Shown piece by piece: positions 28,515 to 38,681 of a DNA stretch of 64,000 nt. How positions within the stretch are numbered: the stretch's first letter is position 1; the number at the start of each line of letters is the position of its first letter. Below the pieces are notes generated by a model that made no database searches, was not told where the DNA came from, and saw nothing but the letters and a program-made list of their open reading frames with translations. The position numbers and the translations under genes were made by a program. The stretch lies in NCBI GenBank assembly GCA_052168235.1, contig JBQLZK010000002.1, positions 128,001-192,000 on the forward strand, given 5' to 3'. This stretch comes from Thainema sp. (GTDB lineage Bacteria > Cyanobacteriota > Cyanobacteriia > Phormidesmidales > Phormidesmidaceae).

Positions 28515-30098
28515 TTATGACTCGATCCGTTGGAATACGGGCTTGGCTTCACCCAAGGCTTGTCCCGCGGGCAAAAAGCCCCACTGCGCGTGATCCCGAT
28601 GATGTGCGATCGCACCAATTTCGTGGTTACTGAAATCAATTCCGTGAAAACCGAGTTGCGAATATACCTCGGTACTGATATCGGGAATTAGGGGGGACAG
28701 TAAGTAAGCTGCTAATCGCACGCTTTCCAGCACCGCATACAGAATTTCTTCCACAGCAGCTTGTTCACCCTGCTTGAACTTTGTCCAGGGTGCTTCTTCA
28801 TCTAAATACTTGTTACTCGCACGGACGACACCTAGAACCGCTTGAGCGGCGGTGCTAAATGAGAGACTGTCGTAAGCCGCAAAGACTTCTTCGGCTAAGG
28901 TTTGGCTCTTGGACTTGAGCATGTTGTCAACCGAAATCTGGTTAGCGTTAACGTTGGGGACGTTGCGATCGCAGTATTTGTACGCCATCCGCAGCGTGCG
29001 ATTGAGCAAGTTGCCCAAGTCGTTAGCGAGATCGGCATTGAGCACGTTGATAAAGCGCTGCTCATTGAAGTCGCCATCGCGACCGAACTCAATTTCCTTC
29101 ATGAAGTAGTAGCGCACGGCGTCGGCTCCGTACTGATCCACCAGATCAAACGGATTCAGCGTATTGCCCAAGCTCTTGCCCATTTTTTGACCGTCTTTGG
29201 TCAAAAAGCCGTGTCCAAATACGCGCGGCGGCAGCGGCAAGTCCGCCGACATCAGCATGGCGGGCCAGTAAACCGCATGGAAGCGCAGAATGTCCTTACC
29301 AATCAGGTGAATATTAATCGGCCACCAGCGCTTGAGCGCATTCTCTAGCGTTGGCTCATCTTCGGGTTCAAGTAATGCCGTGATGTAGCCCAACAGCGCA
29401 TCAAACCAAACGTACAGTGTATGCTTCTCGTCGGTTGGTACAGGAAAGCCCCAGTCCAGATTGACCCGTGAAATGGAAAAGTCCTGTAAACCACCAGAAA
29501 CGAAACTCAGCACCTCATTGCGACGGCTGACAGGCTGAATAAAATCAGGATTTGCTTGGTAATAGTCTTCAAGCTGCTGCTGATATTGAGAAAGCCGGAA
29601 GAAATAGTTTTCTTCATCGCGCCATTCGGCGGACTGATTGGTGTGAATAGCGCAGCGATGATCGTCTAGTAGCTCACGCTCTTCTTTAAACTCTTCACAG
29701 GAGACACAGTACCAACCCTGCTGGCGGTCTAGATAGATATCCCCTTTCTGCCAGACGCGATCAAAAAATTCATTCACAATCGCGAGATGGCGCTCTGCCG
29801 TCGTGCGGCTGAAGCGGTCATATTGAATATTTAGCCGCTGCCATAGGTCTTTGAAGCCCTCGGCAATTTGGTCACAGTGCTCTTGGGGAGAGCGATTCAG
29901 GCTTTGGGCCTTGCGCTCAATTTTTTGCCCATGTTCATCTGTGCCTGTAATCATCAGTGTGGGACGATGGCGCAGCCGCTGCGATCGCGAAATCACGTCT
30001 GCGGCAATGGTGGTGTAGGCACTCCCAATATGCGGCAGATCGTTAACGTAATAGAGCGGTGTTGTAATAGAAAACGGAGATTCAGGCGCAGAACTCAT
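28515..30098 (-). CDS. metG: Methionine--tRNA ligase
   Basis: HIGS, TGTDEHGQK, YVWFDAL, GKDILRFH, KMGKSLGN. Confidence 0.97.
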   Translation of the reverse strand: MSSAPESPFSITTPLYYVNDLPHIGSAYTTIAADVISRSQRLRHRPTLMITGTDEHGQKIERKAQSLNRSPQEHCDQIAEGFKDLWQRLNIQYDRFSRTTAERHLAIVNEFFDRVWQKGDIYLDRQQGWYCVSCEEFKEERELLDDHRCAIHTNQSAEWRDEENYFFRLSQYQQQLEDYYQANPDFIQPVSRRNEVLSFVSGGLQDFSISRVNLDWGFPVPTDEKHTLYVWFDALLGYITALLEPEDEPTLENALKRWWPINIHLIGKDILRFHAVYWPAMLMSADLPLPPRVFGHGFLTKDGQKMGKSLGNTLNPFDLVDQYGADAVRYYFMKEIEFGRDGDFNEQRFINVLNADLANDLGNLLNRTLRMAYKYCDRNVPNVNANQISVDNMLKSKSQTLAEEVFAAYDSLSFSTAAQAVLGVVRASNKYLDEEAPWTKFKQGEQAAVEEILYAVLESVRLAAYLLSPLIPDISTEVYSQLGFHGIDFSNHEIGAIAHHRDHAQWGFLPAGQALGEAKPVFQRIES

Positions 30099-30572
30099 GA
30101 AGGCTTATTAAAGACAAAACAATTTAAACTATCGGCATCTCAATCCCAGGTCGAACCAAACGTCAGAGCGAAGGTCGGATTTTAAGGGATTGATTCTTTA
30201 TTATTCTTATATAAGGATACAAAACTAAAGGATACAAAATAAATATCACTCTGTTGCCTGCCGTGCTGATGACAGCAAAAATGGTTGAAAAGCAGCTAAT
30301 CCATAGTTGTCTCACAGCAAGATTGACCAGTTTACGTGGTTAGAACCTATTTGTCAGCCATAATCTTTAACGAAGTATTCAGAATTTATGCCAAGTGTGA
30401 TGGGTCGCTGGCCGATAATCTTAATGATTACTTCGGGATTGGAGGGGCGACACGCAGAGCGTACTGGCGGTATACAATCGAAAACACTGACTGAGTTAAA
30501 CCAACTCGTTAAACAAAGCCGTTAAGCGAACTGAGTCAGTTGCTGATTGATATGAAGGATGTCGCTGTACCC

Positions 30573-30755
30573 ATGACCACTCATTTCATTACCGCCGAAA
30601 TTGACTTACAAGCTTCACCTGCCGAAACGCAGAAAGCCATTGAAGCCGAACTCAGCAAGCGAGGAGAACCCTTGCGCTGGGCCGTTGCCAAAGTAGACGA
30701 CGAGCAGAACAAAGTTCAGGTTGAAGCAGTTGTCACAACAGATGCTGCTCAGTAA
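30573..30755 (+). CDS. Small conserved cyanobacterial hypothetical protein
   Basis: MTTHFITAEIDL...GEPLRWAV...VEAVVT; upstream of the DUF3326 gene. Confidence 0.7.
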   Translation: MTTHFITAEIDLQASPAETQKAIEAELSKRGEPLRWAVAKVDDEQNKVQVEAVVTTDAAQ

Positions 30756-30825
30756 GTTTCTAATCCTTCTGTAGGTTGGGTTGACGAAGGAAACCCAACA
30801 TTACACGCAACCTCAGTTCTCCAGA

Positions 30826-31118
30826 CTACTGCTTGTACACATCTGAATAGTCCTTCTAAATCCCGGACTGATCCCCCTAAATCCCCCTCAAAAAGGGGAA
30901 CTTTGAGCAGGTCCCTTTTTAAGGGTAGGGCTGATTCTCTAGCAGAATAATAATTCTGTAACTCCCAATTTATGGTTCTTTGCCAAAACGGGTTGAACGA
31001 GGAAATAGGACTTACGAGCATTTTCTTTTTTTAGAGAATCAGCCCTACCTTTTTAAGGGGGGCTAGGGGGGATCTCAACGTCGAAACGAAGTCTAGGAGA
31101 TTTATGTATAAACAGTAG
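30826..31118. mobile_element. MITE family A, copy 2, with 10-bp target-site duplication
   Basis: gttctccaga at 30816-30825 and 31119-31128; TIRs ctactgcttgtacaca / tatgtataaacagtag. Confidence 0.9.
30926..31047. mobile_element. MITE family B (122 bp) inserted inside MITE A copy 2
   Basis: Perfect 16-bp TIR tagggctgattctcta / tagagaatcagcccta; cctttttaaggg duplicated at 30914-30925 and 31048-31059; absent from copy 1. Confidence 0.9.
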
Positions 31119-31197
31119 GTTCTCCAGAAGAGATGTTGGGTTTCGCCAGCTCAACCCAACCTGCAAACTATGTCAAAACTTAAGTAGCAAGTTCTTT

Positions 31198-32286
31198 GTG
31201 AATTCTAGTTCTCTGACCAGATCCTATACCGCACTGCTCGTGATTCCGACCGGGATCGGAGCAGCAATTGGTGGCTATGCAGGCGATGCGCTGCCCGTGG
31301 TGCGGGCCATGTCCCAAGTGTGCGATCGCATTATTACCCATCCCAACGTGCTCAATGGGGCGCAGCTCTACTGGCCACTGCCCCAAGCCTGGTACGTCGA
31401 GGGCTACGGATTAGACCAGTTCGCAGCAGGCAACTGGGGATTGCAGCCCGTTCACCGTAACCGGATTGGGTTACTGCTGGATCAGGGCATTGAGCCGGAT
31501 CTACGGCTGCGGCATTTGCAAGCGGCTGATGCGACGCGGGCGACATTGGGACTGGATTTAACTGATTATGTTGTCACTGATGCACCTTTGGGCGTTGAGT
31601 TGCGCACATCCGAATCCGGCGCAACCTGGGGCACGATTCAGCGACCCGATAGTTTGCTCAGAGCGGCAGAGAAATTGATTCAAGAGGCTGGGGCAACTGC
31701 GATCGCAGTTGTGGCTCGCTTTCCAGATGACGAAGGCAGTCCTGCGCTGCAAGCCTACCGCATGGGCCAAGGCGTTGATCCCCTGGCTGGAGCAGAAGCC
31801 GTAATCAGCCATCTGGTCGTGCGTCAGTTCCAGATTCCCTGCGCCCACGCTCCCGCACTCCGTCCCCTAGACCTCGATCCCGATCTCTCTCCTCGTTCCG
31901 CTGCCGAAGAGTTGGGGTATACATTCCTGCCTTGTGTTCTAGCTGGACTTAGCCGCGCCCCGCAGTTCGTCGCGTCTCAGTCAACCTCTACGCCAGCAAC
32001 TTGGGTGGATGAAATTGATGTTGCGGTTGTGCCGACAACGGCCTGCGGTGGCAGCGCCATCTTAAGCCTGACCCGTAGGCCGATCCCAATTTTGGCAATT
32101 GATGAGAATGTGACTAAACTTGCGATCGCACCGGAACGCTTAGGACTATCGGTGCAGCGAGTAAACTCGTATCTAGAGGCGATTGGCGTGATGGCAGCCC
32201 ACAAAGCCGGAGTTCGACCGGAGGCGCTGCACCATGATATTCGCCAGATTCAGCCTTTATCCTGCCGTAACGCAACAAGCCTGTGA
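31198..32286 (+). CDS. DUF3326 family protein
   Basis: 'VIPTGIGAAIGGYAGDALP', 'ITHPNVLNGA', 'DPLAGAEAVISH', 'AAEELGYTFLPCVL'. Confidence 0.88.
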   Translation: MNSSSLTRSYTALLVIPTGIGAAIGGYAGDALPVVRAMSQVCDRIITHPNVLNGAQLYWPLPQAWYVEGYGLDQFAAGNWGLQPVHRNRIGLLLDQGIEPDLRLRHLQAADATRATLGLDLTDYVVTDAPLGVELRTSESGATWGTIQRPDSLLRAAEKLIQEAGATAIAVVARFPDDEGSPALQAYRMGQGVDPLAGAEAVISHLVVRQFQIPCAHAPALRPLDLDPDLSPRSAAEELGYTFLPCVLAGLSRAPQFVASQSTSTPATWVDEIDVAVVPTTACGGSAILSLTRRPIPILAIDENVTKLAIAPERLGLSVQRVNSYLEAIGVMAAHKAGVRPEALHHDIRQIQPLSCRNATSL

Positions 32287-32876
32287 GTGATCCCCAGTCC
32301 AACCCTAACTCGTTTGAACCATTGAGCCGCTTCCAAGTGCTAGTCATGATTGGCGTAACGGCAGTTGCACTGCTCGTCGTCGCCCGACTGTGGCTGCTGT
32401 TCGATCCGGCGGCATTTCTGCCCGTCACGTGGTCAGTGCAGGGGGTGCTGCTGGGTGCCGGACTCGCGATTGGCATCACGCTAGCAAGCAGCGTCGTTTA
32501 TCGCCTGTGGGATGATTATCGAGAAAGCGCCGATTTCTATTTGGATTTTGTGCTGAAGCCGCTAGCGCTACCGGATTTAATCTGGCTAGGCTTACTGCCA
32601 GGACTGAGTGAAGAATACCTGTTTCGAGGCGTGCTGCTACCTGCGATCGGGTTTAATTCTATCGGTGTGATTCTGTCGGGTCTGTGCTTTGGGCTGCTCC
32701 ATTTAGCCGGACGGCAACATTGGCCCTATGCGGTTTGGGCAACGGCGGTCGGCCTCATTTTAGGCTTTAGCGCCTTGTTCACGGGCAATTTACTAGTACC
32801 GATCACGGCGCATATTTTGACCAATTTCGTATCGGGTTTGATTTGGAAAGTGAGTCAGGATGACAGTGCTAGTTAA
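32283..32876 (+). CDS. CPBP (Abi/CAAX) intramembrane metalloprotease
   Basis: 'SEEYLFRG', 'FGLLH', 'AHILTN'. Confidence 0.9.
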   Translation: MSDPQSNPNSFEPLSRFQVLVMIGVTAVALLVVARLWLLFDPAAFLPVTWSVQGVLLGAGLAIGITLASSVVYRLWDDYRESADFYLDFVLKPLALPDLIWLGLLPGLSEEYLFRGVLLPAIGFNSIGVILSGLCFGLLHLAGRQHWPYAVWATAVGLILGFSALFTGNLLVPITAHILTNFVSGLIWKVSQDDSAS

Positions 32877-32890
32877 AGTTATTAAGGCCA

Positions 32891-32925
32891 AAAGGGAAGA
32901 AATTGCAGCGCAATTTCTTCCCTTT
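32891..32925. terminator. Hairpin terminator between convergent genes
   Basis: aaagggaagaaattgc-agc-gcaatttcttcccttt. Confidence 0.7.
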
Positions 32926-32998
32926 CAATCCTTATTAAAGCTGGTTTTTAATGAGGAAATCAAAATAAGCTTGGTCGGAATTTAATCTAAAGCCGTGC

Positions 32999-33196
32999 TT
33001 AGCAAACCTGCACACAGCCCGATGCGATCGCATCATCCAGAATTTCTAAACATCGATTCTCTTCAGCACTGAGGTATTCCGCTTCGGCATAGTCCTGGAG
33101 GTGGGTTTGAGCCTCAGGAGATAGCATTCCAAGCATCAGGGCTTCGCGAACGATGGTTTCGATGCTGGACTGAGTGAGGGGATTCAGTGTTTTCAT
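32999..33196 (-). CDS. Small hypothetical protein (65 aa)
   Basis: 'IVREALMLGMLS...E.RCLEILDDAIASG.V', a pattern common in small cyanobacterial proteins. Confidence 0.65.
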   Translation of the reverse strand: MKTLNPLTQSSIETIVREALMLGMLSPEAQTHLQDYAEAEYLSAEENRCLEILDDAIASGCVQVC

Positions 33197-33656
33197 AGGA
33201 ACTTCAGAACAGGTGATTGACAGAGCAGTTGTTGAACGATGTTGTAAAAAACTTCAATGCATTTATCCCCGATTTCGGATATGTTAGCCTGATTCCCGGA
33301 CAAAATTCTGTTCATCCTTATCTAGATCATTAAAATTCACGTCGGCAATGATGCCGATTAATACTAATTAAAAGTATTGGTCTGTGCTTTGAACGTAAAT
33401 TTATTTCGTTCTAGAGTTGGAAACTCACATTAATGTGATCGATAACCTGAACTGAATCATTTACCCTGGGTTCTGTTTGCCGCCGCTGATGGATGCAACG
33501 GTAAACTCCTCATGCCAAGCTGACACAGGCGGGACGTTTTCATCATTACATTTTGCACCTGGCAAGATCGATACCCTTGGGGGGTAATTTGGCTACCTGA
33601 TTGAAGCCTGTCTAATGTTTAACCCAAAAAATTGGAGTCTCTACAGGATTTGTTGA

Positions 33657-34310
33657 TTACGTTTGGCTGGCGGCAAGCGCGATCGCAATTGGATAAATAT
33701 GATGTTCCTGCACCTGAATCCGAGCTTGCAGCGTTTCTACCGTGTCAGTGGGCAGGACTGGCACAGCAGCTTGGGCGATAATTGGGCCGCTATCGACTGC
33801 TAATTCTACATAGTGAACCGTACAGCCCGTGATTTTGACATTAGCTTTCAGTGCCTGTTCCGGGGCGCGAATGCCTGGAAAACTGGGTAGCAAACTGGGG
33901 TGAATATTCAAAATTCGGCGGGGAAAGGCATCAATCAAAACCTGCGTCACTTTACGCATCCAGCCCGCCATAATCACCCAGTCCACATCGGCTTCTTCAA
34001 ATAGCGTAATGATGGACTGATCGAGCGCCTCGCGAGAGTCAAACTTGCGGTGATTGAGTAAAGCCGTTGGCACCTGCCAGCGGCCAGCCCGTTCTGCCAC
34101 TTTTGCCCCAGGATTGTTGTAGATCAGGAGTTGCACCTGGGCATTAAGCTGCTGATTGACGATGGCTTGTGCGATCGCTTCAAAATTGCTGCCGTTACCG
34201 GAGGCCAGTATGCCTAATTTCAGCGGTTTTTCAAAACTGGGAATTGCGTCTGGCAAGTAAGGCGAAATGATGGCCTGATTGGCATCGGTCAAAATGGGCT
34301 GAACAGTCAT
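33657..34310 (-). CDS. purN: Phosphoribosylglycinamide formyltransferase
   Basis: 'ASGNGSNF', 'LNIHPSLLPSFPG', 'GCTVHYV...DSGPII'. Confidence 0.96.
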   Translation of the reverse strand: MTVQPILTDANQAIISPYLPDAIPSFEKPLKLGILASGNGSNFEAIAQAIVNQQLNAQVQLLIYNNPGAKVAERAGRWQVPTALLNHRKFDSREALDQSIITLFEEADVDWVIMAGWMRKVTQVLIDAFPRRILNIHPSLLPSFPGIRAPEQALKANVKITGCTVHYVELAVDSGPIIAQAAVPVLPTDTVETLQARIQVQEHHIYPIAIALAASQT

Positions 34311-34487
34311 AATGATGGATTCGATTCTATATCAGTGATCAATGGTCTCAAGAAAATAGCATCGAATATGATCAACATACATATTTGGCCCTAACTCAGT
34401 TGTGAATCATGTTGCGGGAAACGCTCCAGCTAGAAATCGATCAGCTAAACGATAGCCAACTAAGGCGTATTGCGCATAGGTAGTGCC

Positions 34488-35411
34488 ATGAAAGAGTCTT
34501 CTCCAAGCGCTCCACCCAAATCTGCACCAACCTTTGCTCAGCGGTTGGCACGGCTGATGGATCAAGATGCGATCGCAGCTTTGATTATGCTGGCTCCGGC
34601 ACTGATTTTGCTGGGCGTATTTGTATTCTGGCCGATCATTGATGTCGTTCTGCTGAGCTTCACGACGGGCAGCTTTACCCGCGCAGGCATTCAGTGGAAC
34701 GGATTGCGGAACTATCTGCGCTTGCTGATTGACCCTGATTTTTGGAACATCATGGGCAATACAGTGTACTTTACCGTGGCGACCGTGATTCCGAGTTTAG
34801 TCATACCGCTAGTGTTAGCCGTGCTGCTCAATCAGTCTCTTGCGCTGCGTGGGCTATTTCGTACCGCCTACTTTATTCCGTCGATTACGTCCCTGGTTGC
34901 GGTTGGCTTGGGTTTCCGCTGGCTGTTCCAGACTAATGGCCCCGTTAATGCGCTGCTGATGAATGTGGGGCTAGAGCCGATTTCCTGGCTGAGCAGTCCG
35001 ATTTGGGCCATGCCCGTGCTGATTATCCTCAGCACCTGGAAGCAAATTGGCTTTAATCTGGTTGTCTTTCTGGCAGGCTTACAGACCATCCCCCTGAATC
35101 GTTACGAAGCAGCGGAACTCGATGGAGCCAATGCTTGGCAAAAATTTTGGCATATCACACTACCAGGACTGCGACCGACTCTGGTGTTTGCCACGATTAC
35201 CACTGCCATCTTTACGCTGCGTAGCTTCGAGCAGGTGTACGTGGTGACGGGTGGTGGCCCGCTCAATTCCACCAATATTTTGGTCTACTACATTTATGAG
35301 CAGGCATTTTCGCTGTTTGACTTTGGCTATGCCTCGGCTGCGGCGACGGTGCTACTTGCGATCGCACTTGTCCTGGTGTACTTTCAACTCCGGATTTGGA
35401 GTGAAGATTAG
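34488..35411 (+). CDS. Carbohydrate ABC transporter permease
   Basis: Six TM helices, EAA motif 'YEAAELDGA', 'TGGGP'. Confidence 0.92.
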   Translation: MKESSPSAPPKSAPTFAQRLARLMDQDAIAALIMLAPALILLGVFVFWPIIDVVLLSFTTGSFTRAGIQWNGLRNYLRLLIDPDFWNIMGNTVYFTVATVIPSLVIPLVLAVLLNQSLALRGLFRTAYFIPSITSLVAVGLGFRWLFQTNGPVNALLMNVGLEPISWLSSPIWAMPVLIILSTWKQIGFNLVVFLAGLQTIPLNRYEAAELDGANAWQKFWHITLPGLRPTLVFATITTAIFTLRSFEQVYVVTGGGPLNSTNILVYYIYEQAFSLFDFGYASAAATVLLAIALVLVYFQLRIWSED

Positions 35412-35445
35412 GTGAAACTTATTTGGTAATGATCATCGGTAAAGA

Positions 35446-36051
35446 TCAATAGACATACACGAATCCATTGGGTTCAATCGATAAGGTGATCGCGCCTGGA
35501 ATCATGCTGGTCTGCTCACTAACGACGACTTCAACAACATTGTTGGCTGTTGAAACAACATACAGGTTAATGCCAACATCGTTGAGGGATGGATCGATAG
35601 CTAAGTAAACGGGTGGTGGTAGAAAGCTAGTGCGAGTGGAACCGAACGAAATTTCACCATTGGGCGGCAGTGTCCGTCGGATAGTGCCGGGCTGAGTGAG
35701 TTCAAACAGCACCTCTAAATCCCCGCCGTTGACGATATCAATCCGAATGGGCTGATCTGGATCAATGCGACCCACTGGCTCTCGGACGGATTGGGCCATG
35801 TGTGCTGCATCTGCTTGTGACGTATGTGGTTGTGACGTATGTGGTTGTGACGTATCTGTCGCAACGGCTGCGATCGCAATTTGATAGCTGTCAGGCAGAT
35901 GCGGATCATCCGCCGGTTCCAGTGCAACCCCAGAAGTAGGTCGTGTAGTGGTTATGCCGACACAAACCAGCACCGCCCCCAGCAGCATCGCTTGATTCAG
36001 GACTTTATGCTGAACGCTGCGGCTTCCCGTTGGATGCAACTTGCCCATCAT
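35446..36051 (-). CDS. Hypothetical exported protein
   Basis: AAGGAG RBS; hydrophobic N-terminus; TSQPH-TSQPH-TSQ encoded by a 15-bp tandem repeat near 35817-35855. Confidence 0.65.
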   Translation of the reverse strand: MMGKLHPTGSRSVQHKVLNQAMLLGAVLVCVGITTTRPTSGVALEPADDPHLPDSYQIAIAAVATDTSQPHTSQPHTSQADAAHMAQSVREPVGRIDPDQPIRIDIVNGGDLEVLFELTQPGTIRRTLPPNGEISFGSTRTSFLPPPVYLAIDPSLNDVGINLYVVSTANNVVEVVVSEQTSMIPGAITLSIEPNGFVYVY

Positions 36052-36202
36052 GCTGGCTCCTTTGGATGACTCTAAACAACACAGCAGCAAAATCCCAGTT
36101 GGGCTGTGTTCTTACTGTGTCCCAAATAAGGGCTGATGATCCAAAACTCCGCACAATTCTTTTCAGAACGGTTAATAGCGTTACACGCTTTAAGTAAAAC
36201 CA

Positions 36203-36247
36203 ATATTTGGGGGAAAGCTGCGCGGCGCACAGCTTTCCCCCAAATAT
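36203..36247. repeat. Long palindrome (possible terminator or REP-like element)
   Basis: atatttgggggaaagctg-cgcggcgca-cagctttcccccaaatat. Confidence 0.7.
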
Positions 36248-36361
36248 GTTCTAACCTACTTTCTAACCCACTGATGTCGGGTCATATTCGTCAATCAGGA
36301 TGATGTGATGAGTCGTACCAGTTCTACAAACCAGTGTTGTGGATGAGGTCAGTGCTGAGTG

Positions 36362-36868
36362 CTACAAATCCTCAAACACGTTGCTGATGACTGCTTTCGC
36401 TTTATGATCCAGCGCCACCCAATCGACATCACCAATTTCCGTATCGATCAGCGATTCATCAATGACAACGGTTTGCTCTGCATTTGGATCATCGATTTGC
36501 TCTGGATCGTACTCTGCAAAGCAAACCCGATAACACAACTGCCACAGGTCAATCCGCTGTTCCTGATCGCCATGCTTGAGACAGAGCGCGTATTGCGGAA
36601 ATGGTTCCGGTAAATCAGCTAGCTGTTGTTCAACGGCTGCGATCGCATCTGGACTACTAGCCTGCTTAAGCTGCTCCTGCAGTTGCAAAACATGGGCTTT
36701 GGTTTCATCTGAGGTGTCTTCTGGCCAGAGCAGTTGATTATCGTAGGAACCATGCCAGTCGGATGTTTCTAACTGCTTGCGGATATTGTCAATCACGCGA
36801 ATAAAGGCAGGCTGCATCAGCAAATTGGCCTGCTGCCAGTCTTGAGAATTGGCAAACTTGGGTGTCAT
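36362..36868 (-). CDS. Conserved cyanobacterial hypothetical protein
   Basis: 'WQQANLLMQPAFIRVIDNIRKQLE..W', 'DLWQLCYRVCF', 'GDVDW..LD.KAK'; start trimmed to ATG 36868. Confidence 0.8.
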   Translation of the reverse strand: MTPKFANSQDWQQANLLMQPAFIRVIDNIRKQLETSDWHGSYDNQLLWPEDTSDETKAHVLQLQEQLKQASSPDAIAAVEQQLADLPEPFPQYALCLKHGDQEQRIDLWQLCYRVCFAEYDPEQIDDPNAEQTVVIDESLIDTEIGDVDWVALDHKAKAVISNVFEDL

Positions 36869-36986
36869 AACGTTTAGGGGCGACTCTACAGAGGATTTTA
36901 TTCGATTCCGGACGACAAAAACTGGGTCGGCGGTTCCGGTTCCGGCTGGGGTCTCACTTCCTGATATTGGCTGATCTGGAAGATCA

Positions 36987-37239
36987 AGCTGAAGGGTTGT
37001 CCCATTGCTTCCGTAGCGACGCAATCAGCATCGCGCCAATAATTACCGCAGTGCTATTGGATAACAGGCCAAAGGTTGCGATCGCGCAGGAGCCCAGATA
37101 TCAGAACCAAGTAGTCTCGATTCAGCGCGGAATCATCCAGCAGGCTATCTTCGATGTAGCGAATGCCTTGTGGAGATATGCTGCGATGCCATGATACCTT
37201 TTGCCAAATTTTTTGCCGATGGTCTTGCAAGGGTCTCAT
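36987..37239 (-). pseudogene. DUF389-family membrane protein remnant
   Basis: ...DYLVLISG, frameshift, SCAIATFGLLSNSTAVIIGAMLIA, then abrupt loss of similarity. Confidence 0.7.
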
Positions 37240-37505
37240 CCTCAAAGCCTCCTCCCTTTTATAACCTGCATTGGAAAATCTACTGATATTCAGCCAACGG
37301 GGTAAACTAGGGAAACAGTTCATTAGGTATTTCTTAAGATTCACTAGCATCTGCTATCTGAACCGACAGTAGCGCTGTCTGATCTGTTGTTAGCTATGCC
37401 TGATTGAGATTGGTGTTCACCTGTTCATCTGCTCCTTCCAGCTTGGGAACTTTAGTTTGACTCTAGCTGCAAACTTCGCTTTGTTGTTCCAATGTGAGAG
37501 ACCGC

Positions 37506-38681
37506 ATGGAGGCATTATCGAGCAAGGCAACTCAGCCTGATGTATCGCTACAGCTTCTGCTATTTATTGACCGACGACCAGGTTCAACGGAACAGGTGCG
37601 ACAAATCCGTGATCATTTGAACACGCTCAAATTAAACTACCCCTCAGACTACCCTGTTGTCCTGGATATCGTAGATGTTGGAGAGCAGCCTTACCTAGCT
37701 GAGCACTTTAAACTGATTGCCACTCCCGCTTTAGTCAAGCTGTCACCCGAGCCGCGTCAAACTCTGGCTGGCAGTAACATTCAAGATCTGCTCAATCAGT
37801 GGTGGCCCCGCTGGCTCAAAGCGCTGGACGAGAATCAAACTCAACGGCAGCGAGAACAAGCCAATAGTGCTCGCTCTCAAATCAATGGGGTCGCCGAATC
37901 CGCCGAAATTATTAAGCTATCTGACCAAATTTTTCAGCTTAAGCGAGAGCAAGAAGAACTAAAAGCCCAGCTGCAGTTCAAAGATCGGATCTTGGCCATG
38001 CTGGCCCATGATTTGCGCAATCCCCTGACGGCGGCATCGCTGGCTGTGGAAACACTGGATATGGGCTACGGCATCGAAACGGGCTGGAACAGTCGGTTAA
38101 CGCCGAAACTGATCGCTCAGTTACTCAAACATGCCCGCACCCAAACCCGCACTATCGATCGCATGATCACCGATATTCTGCAAATTGCGCGGGGCACCAC
38201 TGCAGAAATTCATATCAAGCCACAGGAACTCAATCTTCAACAGCTCTGTTTATCGGTGATTCAAGACTTTGAAAATAAACTCAAGGACAAAAATTTAAGG
38301 GTTGATACCGACCTGCCCGAAGATTTACCTCCCGTTCATGCGGATTCTGAGCGGGTGCGGCAGGTGATTACCAACCTGATTGACAACGCCATTAAATATA
38401 CTCCGGCTGGCGGCCAGATTCATCTCTCAACCCTGCACCGCACCACGCAAAAAGTGCAGGTGTCGATCTGCGATACGGGACCTGGTATTCCGGAAGAGAA
38501 TAAAGAGCGCATTTTTGAAGACAGTTTTCGCTTGGAGCGAGATGTCAGCAAAGACGGCTATGGCATTGGGTTATCGCTTTGCAAACGTATTGTCTGTGCC
38601 CATTACGGCCAAATTTGGGTTGATTCTGTTCCTGGACAAGGAAGCTGCTTTCACTTTACGTTGCCCGTTTACCGTCAATAA
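37506..38681 (+). CDS. sasA: Circadian output sensor kinase SasA
   Basis: N-terminal KaiB-like domain ('LLLFIDRRP','EQPYLAEHFKLIATPALVK') plus 'AHDLRNPLTA' HisKA and HATPase. Confidence 0.93.
   Translation: MEALSSKATQPDVSLQLLLFIDRRPGSTEQVRQIRDHLNTLKLNYPSDYPVVLDIVDVGEQPYLAEHFKLIATPALVKLSPEPRQTLAGSNIQDLLNQWWPRWLKALDENQTQRQREQANSARSQINGVAESAEIIKLSDQIFQLKREQEELKAQLQFKDRILAMLAHDLRNPLTAASLAVETLDMGYGIETGWNSRLTPKLIAQLLKHARTQTRTIDRMITDILQIARGTTAEIHIKPQELNLQQLCLSVIQDFENKLKDKNLRVDTDLPEDLPPVHADSERVRQVITNLIDNAIKYTPAGGQIHLSTLHRTTQKVQVSICDTGPGIPEENKERIFEDSFRLERDVSKDGYGIGLSLCKRIVCAHYGQIWVDSVPGQGSCFHFTLPVYRQ

Larger units (their letters stand above)
30771..31164. repeat. REP-like dyad split by nested MITEs
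   Basis: Arms 30771-30800 and 31134-31164 are homologous to the intact 14393-14478 element. Confidence 0.8.

Noticed and set aside
30213..30239. aaggatacaaaa direct repeat upstream of metG
   Set aside because: Short, AT-rich and only two copies; no function can be supported.
30749..31021. 90-aa ORF, and similar ORFs at 41906-42398, 45802-46157, 49262-49691 and 57424-57774
   Set aside because: They are translations of MITE/REP sequence or shadows of real genes.
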